Virus record (IMG/VR): IMGVR_UViG_2645728093_000001
Coordinates: 1 to 64,000 of that record
Direction: 5' to 3' (one strand)
DNA from: a virus
Taxonomy: Duplodnaviria; Caudoviricetes
Length of the DNA stretch: 64,000 nucleotides
This document shows, piece by piece, positions 9,022-18,432 of this stretch. The translations under genes and the position numbers were made by a program. The stretch's first letter is position 1; each line of letters begins with the position of its first letter. The notes below the pieces were generated by a model that saw only the letters and a program-made list of their open reading frames with translations, was not told where the DNA came from and made no database searches.

Positions 9022-10481
9022 CAGCCGATGATCTCCCCGACACGCTTGAGGCAGGCCGCCATATCGATTTCGCCGGCCACGCGTTGTGTGTGGATGGAGA
9101 GGATCTTGCCTGCGACCTCGTTGCCGGCGGCATCGAAGTCACCGTTGCGCGTGATCCACGCCGTGCTTTGCTTGCCGAGCTTGGCCGGGCCCCCGTTCTC
9201 GATCGTGGCGAGCGCCTTGCTGTAAGATTGCAAGCGCTCCGGGCTCGCGGGGTGGCGGGTAGGGGCGGTCGTTGTCCCGCCACGGGAGTCGACCGCCCCC
9301 TCAGCCTGCCGGTCGGCTGGCTGGCCGCTGCCGTCACGGGTGGTCGCTCCGGACAGCAGATCAGGTTGGGGCGAGCCCTCGGGGTGGGAGGTGCTCGCCC
9401 CGGCATCGGCGGGGGCTGGAGGAGCCGATGCCTGTCGGGTTGTTTCGTTGGCCGGCGCTGCCCCGGCCTGGCTGTCCTGCTGCACAGCTGCAGATCGATT
9501 CTCGGTCGACGAGGTGCCATCCGCACGCGGATCTCCCTTGTCGGTATTGCCGTTTACTTCATTCGATTGACCTCCGGTGCTGATGGAATCGTTGGCGCCG
9601 GCGCCGCCATTCTTCACGAGGGGATTGCGGTCGGGATCAGCCTCTGTAGGCTTCTCCTTCGCAAACATCTCCTCAACGGTGGCTTCGCCATTCTTGATTG
9701 AAGCAAACATACCGCGAAGGGTAGCGATATGGTCGACTTTGATATCGCCTTCGCCGTCGACGTCGAGTACGTCGAAGATCTGTTCAGCGGTAACGCCGAA
9801 TGCGGCGAACGCCGCGATCGCCTTCTCGCGGTTTTGTGCGAGCGTCGCTGTGGTGCCGGCGACGATAGCGCGTGCTTCCTGATAGGCCTTGCGATAGACG
9901 CCACGTGGAATGCCGGCAAGAATCGCGTTACGTTTTGCAATCGCGGCTGCGGCATTGCCGGTCACCGTGATCATGTCGTTGGAAAAGACGCGTCCGGTCG
10001 AGGTCAAGATGTTGCGACGGATCGTAGCTTCCGACGCCATGTTGGTTTCAAGGTCATGGAAGACGCCCAGCGCCTCAACCCATCCTTCCTTGCGATTGAC
10101 GGTGATGACGCGCGCCTTGATGCGATTGTTGCCCCAACACTGTGCCGCGATCTCGGCGAGCCGGATGCTCGGGCCTTCTATCGGCTTATTCTCGGTTTCC
10201 GCTTCGGCTTCGTTCTGTGGACCGCCTCTGCGCTGCTGCTTCTTTCTGCGCACCAAGGCGTAAAGGCACTCCGCCGCGGTTTCTTCATCCAACGTGGCCA
10301 GCGTAACGATGCTGTCGATCGCTTTGTGGATGCTCCGCGGGAACGCTTTGGCCGTCGCGATCTGGCTATCGATCTCGGCTTTGAGGATGGTCGGCAGCGT
10401 TGTGTCGACAAGATTTGCCGGCACCATCTCGCGCTTGTCGAGTTGCTCGGCTTCCGACGGTGGGATGACTTGCTGGTTCAT
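9021..10481 (-). CDS. Putative phage recombination / single-strand annealing protein
   Basis: AEIDSQIATAKAFPRS and IEGPSIRLAE..A..WGN motifs; low-complexity tail; adjacent to the RecE-like nuclease. Confidence 0.55.
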   Translation of the reverse strand: MNQQVIPPSEAEQLDKREMVPANLVDTTLPTILKAEIDSQIATAKAFPRSIHKAIDSIVTLATLDEETAAECLYALVRRKKQQRRGGPQNEAEAETENKPIEGPSIRLAEIAAQCWGNNRIKARVITVNRKEGWVEALGVFHDLETNMASEATIRRNILTSTGRVFSNDMITVTGNAAAAIAKRNAILAGIPRGVYRKAYQEARAIVAGTTATLAQNREKAIAAFAAFGVTAEQIFDVLDVDGEGDIKVDHIATLRGMFASIKNGEATVEEMFAKEKPTEADPDRNPLVKNGGAGANDSISTGGQSNEVNGNTDKGDPRADGTSSTENRSAAVQQDSQAGAAPANETTRQASAPPAPADAGASTSHPEGSPQPDLLSGATTRDGSGQPADRQAEGAVDSRGGTTTAPTRHPASPERLQSYSKALATIENGGPAKLGKQSTAWITRNGDFDAAGNEVAGKILSIHTQRVAGEIDMAACLKRVGEIIG

Positions 10482-10495
10482 TTGCGGTCCTCAGT

Positions 10496-11605
10496 TCAAA
10501 GGAAGGCGTAAGGGCTGAAGTCGGTATCGCCCCAGAGCTGGGCCGGGACTTCGCGCACCCATTCGGCATCGGGCCCGAAGGTCTCCATGAACTGGCGGTA
10601 CTCGCCGATGGCGCGCTCGACATCGACGACTGCCTGGCGAAAGATCATGCTGGTGAGATCAAACTCGCCGACGACGGATTGCGGGGCGCCGTTGGCCTTG
10701 ATCATGACCCAGACCCATTTCATCGCGTCGTCGGAGCCTGGCTGCTTCTCCGCTAGTGCCAGTGCCTTGAAGACCTCCTCGAGGAATTCAGGCCGATAGG
10801 TGCAATTGAAGACCTTGCCCTCGGCAAAAAGCCTCGCTGCGGCGCGCAGCGCCTTGATGTAGGCGCCTGCCTGAAGGTCGTACCGCATGCGGCTGACCGC
10901 CTTCTTAGCGGCCTCGATCAGATTCTCGCGGTAGAAAGGCCGGAACGATTTCAAGTCGACGACGGCGTGGGAAAGCAAATGGTCGATGCGCGCCTTCAGG
11001 CGGACGCCGTTCTCGGTATAGAAGATGCTGACTTCGCTGGCGCCGGCAACAAACGTGCCGTCCTTCATTACCGGGGCGATCTTTTTCGACCGCTGCATCC
11101 AGCGGACCGCCTTCTCAATTTGGTTGAGCGCGGTCCGCGGCAGAATTTCTTTACCAACATTGTCGGCCGCAAACTTCGCCACGATCTCGTCCCAGATCAC
11201 GGCTTCCTTGTCGACCGCGCGAATGTTGGCGATCGCCTCTTCCTTCTTAGTGCCGGGCTTGATGCCGATCGTTTTGCAATGGCGCTGCAAGTCGGACATC
11301 GTGACCAAGGCCCCCTTGTAGTCGGCCACTTCGGGCGCGATCGCGAACCGCTCCGCGAGCGAGAGCCGCCCTTCTAAGGCGCGGCAATGGATTGCATGGC
11401 CCCATTTGAGCGCCATGCTTTCCTTCTCTTCGCCCGGGTTGAGCTGGTCGTCCTGGTACTCGACAGGATCGAGCACGAGTTCCTTCAGCGAGCTCGACCC
11501 CAGCGCTTTATCGGCGTGGTAGGCCACCTCGGAGAGGCCAAAATAGATGCCATCCTCATGACGGACGGTGTCGTTGCTGCGCGGGGCTGAGACGAGGGCA
11601 TTCAT
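10496..11605 (-). CDS. PD-(D/E)XK exonuclease VIII/RecE-like (DUF3799)
   Basis: YHAD.ALGSS.LK, G.AIH, SEVSIF...KARID...DLKS, Y.LQA.AY. Confidence 0.8.
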   Translation of the reverse strand: MNALVSAPRSNDTVRHEDGIYFGLSEVAYHADKALGSSSLKELVLDPVEYQDDQLNPGEEKESMALKWGHAIHCRALEGRLSLAERFAIAPEVADYKGALVTMSDLQRHCKTIGIKPGTKKEEAIANIRAVDKEAVIWDEIVAKFAADNVGKEILPRTALNQIEKAVRWMQRSKKIAPVMKDGTFVAGASEVSIFYTENGVRLKARIDHLLSHAVVDLKSFRPFYRENLIEAAKKAVSRMRYDLQAGAYIKALRAAARLFAEGKVFNCTYRPEFLEEVFKALALAEKQPGSDDAMKWVWVMIKANGAPQSVVGEFDLTSMIFRQAVVDVERAIGEYRQFMETFGPDAEWVREVPAQLWGDTDFSPYAFL

Positions 11606-11676
11606 TTCGGCGTTCCAGATTGAAGGGGGAATTGGCGTGCGAGCGCTAAACCCGCACGGCGGTGTCGGTCGAACGA

Positions 11677-12126
11677 TCAGGAGGTCGGCGGAGTCGCGTC
11701 GGGTGCAGTGATCGTCGGGGCGTCGATCGACGGCAGGGTGGCGTCCGGCTGGGCATCGACAACCGGCGTGACGGGGCCCGGAGCCGGAACGGTGGTCGCA
11801 CCCGGGACCGCGGCGGTCAGAGCGGCGGCATCCGATGCCATCTTGCCGGTGATGGCCTGAATGTTCGCGATCGCGGTTGCGATGGTCGGATTGCCGCTGG
11901 AGTTGTCGGCGATGATCTGGAGAGCGGGCTGGATCGCGGCGTCGAGCGCAGCAAAGCCAATGGTCAGCGCCTGGACGGCACTGTCGAGATCTTGGGCCTG
12001 GGACATCAGTTCCTCTTCGTTACCAAGGGCTCGCTTCATCATGTTGCGCAACTCCAGCGCCCAGGGAGGAGCCCGATCCCAGGGTGTTGAAGGTCGTGGT
12101 CGGAAGGCGGCGAAGAAATCGAACAT
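11677..12126 (-). CDS. Hypothetical Ala/Pro-rich protein
   Basis: ORF with phage-like codon use. Confidence 0.55.
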   Translation of the reverse strand: MFDFFAAFRPRPSTPWDRAPPWALELRNMMKRALGNEEELMSQAQDLDSAVQALTIGFAALDAAIQPALQIIADNSSGNPTIATAIANIQAITGKMASDAAALTAAVPGATTVPAPGPVTPVVDAQPDATLPSIDAPTITAPDATPPTS

Positions 12127-12144
12127 GCCGGTTCACTCCGCTGC

Positions 12145-13485
12145 TTACGCGACTGGCTTCGCGACGCGACCGTCTTCGATGACAACCGCGGTCGGTCGAT
12201 CTGACTGGACCGTTTCGGCGATGATCATCAGGTTCTGTTGTTCCGCGAGGTCGACGAGCGCCTTCCAGGAATCCTTGTCGAGGAGCGCGGCATTCTTCGT
12301 CGTGATGAAGCGGAGCCGCGGCTGTAGCGCGACCGCGATCGCGATGGCGAGATTGAGCTTCTGCGCCTGGCTGGCTTGGGCGAGGGGGTGCCCGTCGAGC
12401 AGGATGGCGCCGTCGCCGAACGAGATGCCAGCAACCGGCATCTTGGCCTCGGCAACCGCCTTCTCCTTGGCCGCAGTGCGGTCTGCCATCACCTTGGTCA
12501 ACTCGTCGGCCCGCTTCTCCAGGGTCGCGGCTTCGGAGTCCAGACGGGTCCGGTCCGCACGGGCGCGCTCCGCGACATCGAAGCGAGCATTGGCATCGCG
12601 GGCGGCATTGATGCGGGCCGTAAGATCAGCGGTGTCGACCGGGACCGGGCAGTCGCCGGCTTCGGCGATCTCGAGCCTAAGATCCGCGGCCTCCGCATCC
12701 GTCTGATCAGCGAGCACTTCGAGAGTAGCAATCTCTTTCCGGAGCTCTTCGATCCGCTTTCGGTTAGCCTCCGCCGCGGCGTCGGCAGCCTCAGCGCGCA
12801 CCTTCTTGGCGGCGAGGCCCGAGCGAAAACGCTCCGCGGCGGCGTTCGCCTCGCCGGCGGCGGCGAGCTCGGCAACAAGCTTGCCCTCGTCTTGGCGCTC
12901 GGTCGGCGCGTCGGGATCGATCCGAATCCCGTCGGCTTGCACCCGCTTGGCCTTGGCGTCGCGGTTGACGTCGGTCCGGGTCTTGAAATCGTCGTCGTTA
13001 GCCTTGGCGATTTTGTCGAAGTCGACGCCGGCGACGAATTGCTTGAGCAGGTCGAACTGCTCTTGCGGTTTCATCGCGATGAAGTCGAGTGGGTCACAGC
13101 TCAGGGCACCGATGAAGCCGTTGAGGATCTTCTGCGGGTTCGTGAACCGCTTCCCGTCGGCTCCCTCGATCGTCAGGCTGGTGGCGAAGCCCTTTTCGTT
13201 GTCGGCCCGCACGATTTTACGGGCAACGCGATACTGCGTGCCGGCATCATCGCCGAGGTCGAGCACGATGCGGCCGACCTCGGCGCCGTCGTGGATCGGA
13301 TCGGTTGGGATCAGCCTCTCGCCGCCGAGAGCCATCCAGATGGCTTCGATGACTGAGCTCTTCCCCTGACGATTCCGCCCAGTGAGTTCGACCACCTTGC
13401 CGTCGGGGCGGACGCGGACGGCGACCACTCGAAGGATGTTCTCGACGTCGAGGCTGAGGATGCGGAGCGGCTGGTCGTCGGTCAT
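12145..13485 (-). CDS. SMC/Rad50-like coiled-coil ATPase
   Basis: Walker A GRNRQGKSS, long coiled coil, degenerate signature ASQAQ and LLD loop. Confidence 0.8.
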   Translation of the reverse strand: MTDDQPLRILSLDVENILRVVAVRVRPDGKVVELTGRNRQGKSSVIEAIWMALGGERLIPTDPIHDGAEVGRIVLDLGDDAGTQYRVARKIVRADNEKGFATSLTIEGADGKRFTNPQKILNGFIGALSCDPLDFIAMKPQEQFDLLKQFVAGVDFDKIAKANDDDFKTRTDVNRDAKAKRVQADGIRIDPDAPTERQDEGKLVAELAAAGEANAAAERFRSGLAAKKVRAEAADAAAEANRKRIEELRKEIATLEVLADQTDAEAADLRLEIAEAGDCPVPVDTADLTARINAARDANARFDVAERARADRTRLDSEAATLEKRADELTKVMADRTAAKEKAVAEAKMPVAGISFGDGAILLDGHPLAQASQAQKLNLAIAIAVALQPRLRFITTKNAALLDKDSWKALVDLAEQQNLMIIAETVQSDRPTAVVIEDGRVAKPVA

Positions 13486-13494
13486 TTTGCGGTC

Positions 13495-14091
13495 CTACTG
13501 CGCGGCTTGGCGGATGAAGTCGTTTGACGGCGGCATCGTGCGATGCGCGATTGGCGGCGGATCCTGCGGAAGGTCTGTGCCGTCGGGCTTGTCGGCATCG
13601 AGTTCGCGGACTTGGCGCGGCGCCGCCGGCGCGACCGGGCGGATTGCCTCCAGTTCCCGCGCGAGGCCGGCCAGGCGCTCGCTCGTCGAACCTGGCTCCG
13701 CCGCGAGTTTCAGAGCCGCCGGCTGCGCCGCGGAGGCGCGTTCGCGCACAGTGCCGTCGCCGCGCACCGTGGCGTCGACGCGCTGGCGGACTGCAGCCAT
13801 GCCGTTCTCGGCATCCTGGGCGCGGTCGGCGATCAGTTGGATCTGCGCCTCGAGAAAGGCATTCCGATCCAGGAGAAGCTTGTTGTCCGCGAGCGCGGAA
13901 TTGAGATCACCCTGAAGGTCGTCACGACGCATATTCGAGGTGTCGAGCAGGGACGTCGTGGTGGCGAGCTCGTTCTCGGCCGCGCGCAACGCCTCAACGT
14001 CCGCGGCCCATGCGGTCGCAAATTCCGTCATGGCGCCGGCGAGCCGGGTCAGCGTCTCGGGACTCATTACGGGCCGGTGCTGGTCAGCCAT
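13495..14091 (-). CDS. Coiled-coil hypothetical protein
   Basis: ORF in the operon with heptad pattern. Confidence 0.6.
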   Translation of the reverse strand: MADQHRPVMSPETLTRLAGAMTEFATAWAADVEALRAAENELATTTSLLDTSNMRRDDLQGDLNSALADNKLLLDRNAFLEAQIQLIADRAQDAENGMAAVRQRVDATVRGDGTVRERASAAQPAALKLAAEPGSTSERLAGLARELEAIRPVAPAAPRQVRELDADKPDGTDLPQDPPPIAHRTMPPSNDFIRQAAQ

Positions 14092-14187
14092 CGAGCGAAC
14101 CTCAAAGGTGCTGGGCCGTGGCCGTGACCACGGTGAAGATGAAGGCGACCGTCACGAAGAAGGTCGCGGTTTCGCGGAGGAGGGACG

Positions 14188-14349
14188 TCATGTCGGCTGG
14201 CGCTCCCGGAACATGAAGGCGGCGCCGACAAGCGCACCCCACACCAAGCCGAGGACGAGCCCCATGCCGAAGCCTTCAAGGCTGTCGCCGCGCAGAAGCA
14301 GCCCCGCGATCACGGCAGTTTGGACAACGATGATCGCGGTGCGCTTCAT
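14188..14349 (-). CDS. Small membrane protein
   Basis: MKRTAIIVVQTAVIAGLLL...GLVLGLVWGALVGAAFMF; two hydrophobic segments. Confidence 0.45.
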   Translation of the reverse strand: MKRTAIIVVQTAVIAGLLLRGDSLEGFGMGLVLGLVWGALVGAAFMFRERQPT

Positions 14350-14542
14350 GGCGGGCTACTTGCGCTTGGTCTTGGTGTGGCGAGCGATGACCTTCTTCGC
14401 CTCGGCCAGACCGATGTGAAGGATCGCGTCCTCGACACATCCAACGAAGTGCCGCTGCAATGCGGACGGCGCGACCGTCTGTGCGGCCGGTGGTTTCCTA
14501 CGCACGCTCATGTTTCACCTCCTCGGTTGTGACCAGGCCCGC

Positions 14543-14773
14543 TCAGCGCGAAACCCAGTCGTTGTTGATGCCGGCAAGCTTTGCGTCGAGCGCGGACTCG
14601 CGCGCGAGGTCGTCGTCGTTCTCGCGGCGCATATCGCAGGATGCGGGATCCGCCAGGATCGCTTCGACGATGCGGAGATAGGCCTCGCGCTCCGCCGCCG
14701 GCGCAGCCTCGATCTCGGTGCGCGATGCGAACATCAGGCTGACGCCAAGCGGGCGCACGTATGGTTCGGACAT
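14543..14773 (-). CDS. Hypothetical protein
   Basis: MSEPYVRPLG preceded by AAGGA. Confidence 0.5.
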   Translation of the reverse strand: MSEPYVRPLGVSLMFASRTEIEAAPAAEREAYLRIVEAILADPASCDMRRENDDDLARESALDAKLAGINNDWVSR

Positions 14774-14779
14774 GCGAGA

Positions 14780-15285
14780 TCCTTGGAAGGGGAGGCGGCA
14801 GGAGCCGGGAGCCGCAGCCACCCCGCTGGTCCCCGCTGTCCAGGCGCGGCGGCCGAAGCCCCGCGTGCAGACCGAGGAGCTCGCTGCCTGTCCGCGGCGA
14901 GCGCGCGCCGGCCGCAGCATCTGCACCGCAAGGCGGGCAGTATTCGAAATCCGGGCGACCGACCGGTCCTTTCTTGCACCACCAACGGCGGCCTGAGCAC
15001 GTGTCTCAGATCGCGGTCGGCCCGCTCGTGTCACAGGTGGGTGTTGAACGCTGCCGTTCGGCTGCGAACCACTTTCCTCTCTGGCAGGGACGTCACGAGT
15101 GCGCGCGGGATTGCTCCCACTGCCGGTCGCCACGCGAGGGGTTGCACCTCGCGCAATCGAGTGGGGTCGGGTGACGGCGGGGCACATAGCGGCTTCAGCC
15201 GCCCTTCCCGACGGAGCAGGCGTCGCGATGCGACCGCCCCGTGTCTTTGACCCGGGCTCATGGATGCCAAGGCCATCACCCGAAC
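14780..15285 (-). ncRNA. Candidate structured non-coding RNA block downstream of the tRNA
   Basis: About 500 nt without a credible ORF. Nested helices include TCGGGTGATGGC/GCCGTCACCCGA, CGCGAGG-TGCAACC-CCTCGCG, GGGA-GCAA-TCCC and GTGCAGA/TCTGCAC. Confidence 0.4.
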
Positions 15286-15291
15286 TGAAAT

Positions 15292-15368
<77 letters not shown>

Positions 15369-15387
15369 TCGAAATTGGTCTTAGAAG

Positions 15388-15657
15388 TCAGCGCTTCGGC
15401 GGTTCCTTGTCGAACCCCGGCGTCTTCGTGTTGTCGAGCACGATCTGCTCCGTGCCGACGCGCTCCAGCCGCTGCACGTCGAACCAGTGCGATTCCGGAA
15501 GCTTGCCGTCGGCATTCATCTGCGGCACCACCAGGACCTGGTTGCAGCCGCTGATGTACTGGACGTAGCCCGTTGCCACACCGACGTACCCGGTAAGACG
15601 ATCCTTCTGAGTGGTGCCGAGAATTCCGGGACCATCCTGCATAGTCTTGCTCCTCAT
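15388..15657 (-). CDS. Conserved hypothetical phage protein
   Basis: D..TG..GV.TG..QYISGCNQ.LV.P...WFD.QRL. Confidence 0.65.
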   Translation of the reverse strand: MRSKTMQDGPGILGTTQKDRLTGYVGVATGYVQYISGCNQVLVVPQMNADGKLPESHWFDVQRLERVGTEQIVLDNTKTPGFDKEPPKR

Positions 15658-15672
15658 GTTGAGCGACGCCGA

Positions 15673-15960
15673 TCATGACGTCACCAATTCTGGACGCGGC
15701 TGTGCCTTGGCGGCCGGCCGCAAAGCAATGACGACAGCTGGCTCCGCATTGAACACGCGGGCGCGATCTGCCGCGCAGACCTGGAGCTCGCCGAAGCTCT
15801 TGATGGTGTCCTCGAGCAGGTCCCTGGCGTCGGACGGACCGTTACCAGCCCTGGCTGCCATCGCTTGCAACCGCTCGATGTTCATTTTGACGGTCTTCTC
15901 GAGCCAGGCGGCGCGGAAGCTGAGATCGTCGATGATCTTCTGGGTGTCGAGCGCGATCAT
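15673..15960 (-). CDS. Hypothetical protein
   Basis: Coupled ORF. Confidence 0.55.
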   Translation of the reverse strand: MIALDTQKIIDDLSFRAAWLEKTVKMNIERLQAMAARAGNGPSDARDLLEDTIKSFGELQVCAADRARVFNAEPAVVIALRPAAKAQPRPELVTS

Positions 15961-16232
15961 GCTGCCACAGCCTCGCCGACAACCGCGGTGGCCGGTTGAA
16001 CCTCTTCGATCTCAAACGTGACGCCCTCGGTCTTGTGGAGGTGCGATGTCGAGATCGCCATCGCCTTTCGCGCGTTGATCTCGCCGGTCCTTGAGAAGCC
16101 CGACATCGACCACGCTTTGCCGCTCGCCAGCCGGCCGCGCGCGAGCCAACCGTGCGTGCGTGCCGCATTGCATCGGCTCGGTGACGTAATGGTCTCGCCG
16201 TTGCTGAAGGTCGCGACGTAACGCGTCAACAT
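15957..16232 (-). CDS. Hypothetical protein
   Basis: MLTRYVATFS preceded by GGAGG. Confidence 0.55.
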   Translation of the reverse strand: MLTRYVATFSNGETITSPSRCNAARTHGWLARGRLASGKAWSMSGFSRTGEINARKAMAISTSHLHKTEGVTFEIEEVQPATAVVGEAVAA

Positions 16233-16459
16233 TCGGCGTCCTCCAAAACGGGACGGCCGAGGGCCTTCATCGCCTGCTGGGCGGCATGGCGGAAGCCATG
16301 GCAGAGGAGCGTGCGCCCGGCGTCGTCTAGGGCGTTCTCGAGCTCCCCGCACCGCTCGCGAAGGTATTCTTTCTCGCTCCCATTGATCAGGGAGCAAACG
16401 ACGTAGCCGATGCTGCCGGCGATAATCGCACAGGAGGGGTAGAGGATAGCCTCGATCAT
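16226..16459 (-). CDS. Small membrane-anchored protein
   Basis: N-terminal hydrophobic helix; coupled ORF. Confidence 0.5.
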   Translation of the reverse strand: MIEAILYPSCAIIAGSIGYVVCSLINGSEKEYLRERCGELENALDDAGRTLLCHGFRHAAQQAMKALGRPVLEDAEC

Positions 16460-16713
16460 GCCGACACCCGGTCGGTCGAGATCTTGAGGGCGGCGATCGC
16501 GGCGGCGTCGGAGTTGAGGGCCCAGACTTGGTCCTTCGTCCGCCAGGCCTTGAAGCCGGCGGCGCGGATCTCGGCAACGACCCGCAGGGTGATCTCGTCG
16601 ACAAACCCATCGATCCAGATGATGCGGTCGCCACCGGCCCGGTACTGATCGGACGAATACTTCACGCCGGCTGAGTTCCGGCGGTTCGTCGCGATGGTCG
16701 GGGTGGTGGTCAT
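16456..16713 (-). CDS. First gene of the leftward early operon, hypothetical
   Basis: GGGAGA ribosome site just downstream of the PL-like promoter. Confidence 0.6.
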   Translation of the reverse strand: MTTTPTIATNRRNSAGVKYSSDQYRAGGDRIIWIDGFVDEITLRVVAEIRAAGFKAWRTKDQVWALNSDAAAIAALKISTDRVSA

Positions 16714-16741
16714 TGTCGTCAGATCTCCCGTGGCAGAAAAA

Positions 16742-16809
16742 TCGATACATGGTGTAGCGATTACTGTCAACACACCTTGTAGCGATTTTTTAGACGGGGT
16801 ATGTAGCGA
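16742..16809 (-). promoter_or_regulatory. OL/PL: three repressor operators overlapping a leftward promoter
   Basis: TCGATAC-N5-GTAGCGA (16742), TCAACAC-N5-GTAGCGA (16767) and a half site (16791); TTGACA on minus at 16765-16770. Confidence 0.8.
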
Positions 16810-16865
16810 CATAACGTGGCGCTGCCGGATCGGGCGCCGGACGCTTTCTCAGGGAATCATCGCCG

Positions 16866-17735
16866 TTGGCAGGTCGCGGCTACATCAAGCTCTACCGCTC
16901 GCTCTTCAGGCACGAGTTCTTCCGGCCTGCGGCTTTCTCGGAGCGAGAAGCGTTTACCTGGATGATCGCGGAGGCGGCGTGGAAACCGCGCCAGCGCCGG
17001 TTCGGCCAATTCTTCGTTGATCTCGAGCGCGGGGAGCTCGCGGCTTCCCTTCGTTTTCTGGCCGAAACTTGGGACTGGAGCGTAGGAGCGGTGAGGGGTT
17101 ACTTGGGTCGGTGCGAGAAAGAGGGAATGATCAGCACACGGTCCGACAAGGGGGTGACCGTAATAACCATCTGTAATTATGATATTTATCAGGGAGACGA
17201 CCAGCCGGACGACACAGTCGACGACAACGTCTCAGCACAGTCCCAGCACAGTCCCAGCACAGCGTCAGCACACGACCAGCACAAAACAGAAGAAATAAAA
17301 CATTCAAGAAAGGAAGAAGGGGAAGAGGGAAAGGGAGCGCTCGGCCAAGCGGCCGAGCCTCCCACCCAAGGCTCCCTCGTCCCGAAGGGGCCGACGGCGG
17401 TAAGACGGCAACGACAGCCGCGGATCCCGATCCCGCCCGATTGGTCTGCAGTTGGAGAGGACTGGCAATACGCGCTCGAGCGTGGCTTTACGGCGCAGAC
17501 GATCCCGATCGAGGAGCAGAAATTCAGGCTGCACTTCCTCAAAACCGGTGAGAAGCGACCCGGCTGGAGCCACTCCTGGAAAACCTGGATTTTGAAGGCG
17601 CTCGAGATCAGGGCCGAAAGGGCTGCCCGCAATGGCTCGACGGGTCCGGCGCCGCGGCCTAGCCGCGCGGACTCGGCGGTTGAAGGTCTATTTTCCGATC
17701 TAACGCAGGAGGATTTCGGTGGGCGATCTCGTTGA
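16866..17735 (+). CDS. Phage replication initiator (lambda O-like)
   Basis: GYIKLYRS, LERGEL..S.R.LA..W.WS, GVTVITICNYD.YQ; internal iterons; C-terminal IPPDW...KF..HF...W...W..W domain. Confidence 0.8.
   Translation: MAGRGYIKLYRSLFRHEFFRPAAFSEREAFTWMIAEAAWKPRQRRFGQFFVDLERGELAASLRFLAETWDWSVGAVRGYLGRCEKEGMISTRSDKGVTVITICNYDIYQGDDQPDDTVDDNVSAQSQHSPSTASAHDQHKTEEIKHSRKEEGEEGKGALGQAAEPPTQGSLVPKGPTAVRRQRQPRIPIPPDWSAVGEDWQYALERGFTAQTIPIEEQKFRLHFLKTGEKRPGWSHSWKTWILKALEIRAERAARNGSTGPAPRPSRADSAVEGLFSDLTQEDFGGRSR
17233..17283 (+). repeat. Five CAGCACA iterons at exact 11-bp period (probable replication origin)
   Basis: Copies at 17233, 17244, 17255, 17266 and 17277, followed by an A/purine-rich tract. 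Confidence 0.75.
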
Positions 17736-18231
17736 GACCGGGGGCGGAGCGCCCGCGCTGCCGCCAAATTTTGAGAAGTTGGACAAGGTCTGGGGACGGA
17801 TCGACGAGGCGAGGACCGCGTCTGCCACGGCTTTCTCGCCCTCGGCGCAATTACTTTCCGATCTCGATGCCGTCATCGACCTGGTGGGGCGCCACGCCGG
17901 GGATATTCAAGCCGCCGCGGCTCCAATTTCCAAGGGCGATTTAGCCATCCATCTGGGTTTGCTCTTCAAATCCTTTCCGAACGCTGGTGTTCAGGATGCG
18001 AGGATCTTTGGCAAAATGATGCGGGACGATGTCCTGTCGCTACAGCCAACGGTCGGCGCGATCGATCTCGGCTGCCGGCGTTGGCGGCGAAAGTCCAAGT
18101 TTTTGCCCGCAATCGCCGAGATGATGGAAGAGGTTCGGTCCGCGCAATCTCAAATCGAGGGTGCCGTTGATTTCGTGCGGCGACTGCCGGCTCTGCGCGC
18201 CGATATGGCGAGAAAACTCAGTTCGCTCTGA
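17719..18231 (+). CDS. Replication-associated protein (possible helicase loader/inhibitor-like)
   Basis: Overlaps the initiator stop; contains RRWRRKSKFLPAIAEM motif. Confidence 0.5.
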   Translation: MGDLVETGGGAPALPPNFEKLDKVWGRIDEARTASATAFSPSAQLLSDLDAVIDLVGRHAGDIQAAAAPISKGDLAIHLGLLFKSFPNAGVQDARIFGKMMRDDVLSLQPTVGAIDLGCRRWRRKSKFLPAIAEMMEEVRSAQSQIEGAVDFVRRLPALRADMARKLSSL

Positions 18232-18432
18232 TTGGTAACGGCAGCGCACCGAAGGTGCCGTAGTTCGGCAGCAGCGTGCACATCCATCCGCCGGCGTCGA
18301 GCTGCAGGCAGGATGCCAGGATCTGGAGCGTCGGGTTTGGATCCGGGACGCGGATGTAGAACAGCTTGCGATCGCCGCGGCGAGGGCGGGGGTCGACCAA
18401 AACGCCAGGAAGACCAGCGCCGTGAGCCTCAT
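18218..18432 (-). pseudogene. Small exported protein downstream of cI, apparently frameshifted
   Basis: Signal peptide MRLTALVFLAFWSTPALAA and plausible mature part GDRKLFYIRV... lie in different frames, joining near 18375. Confidence 0.35.
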
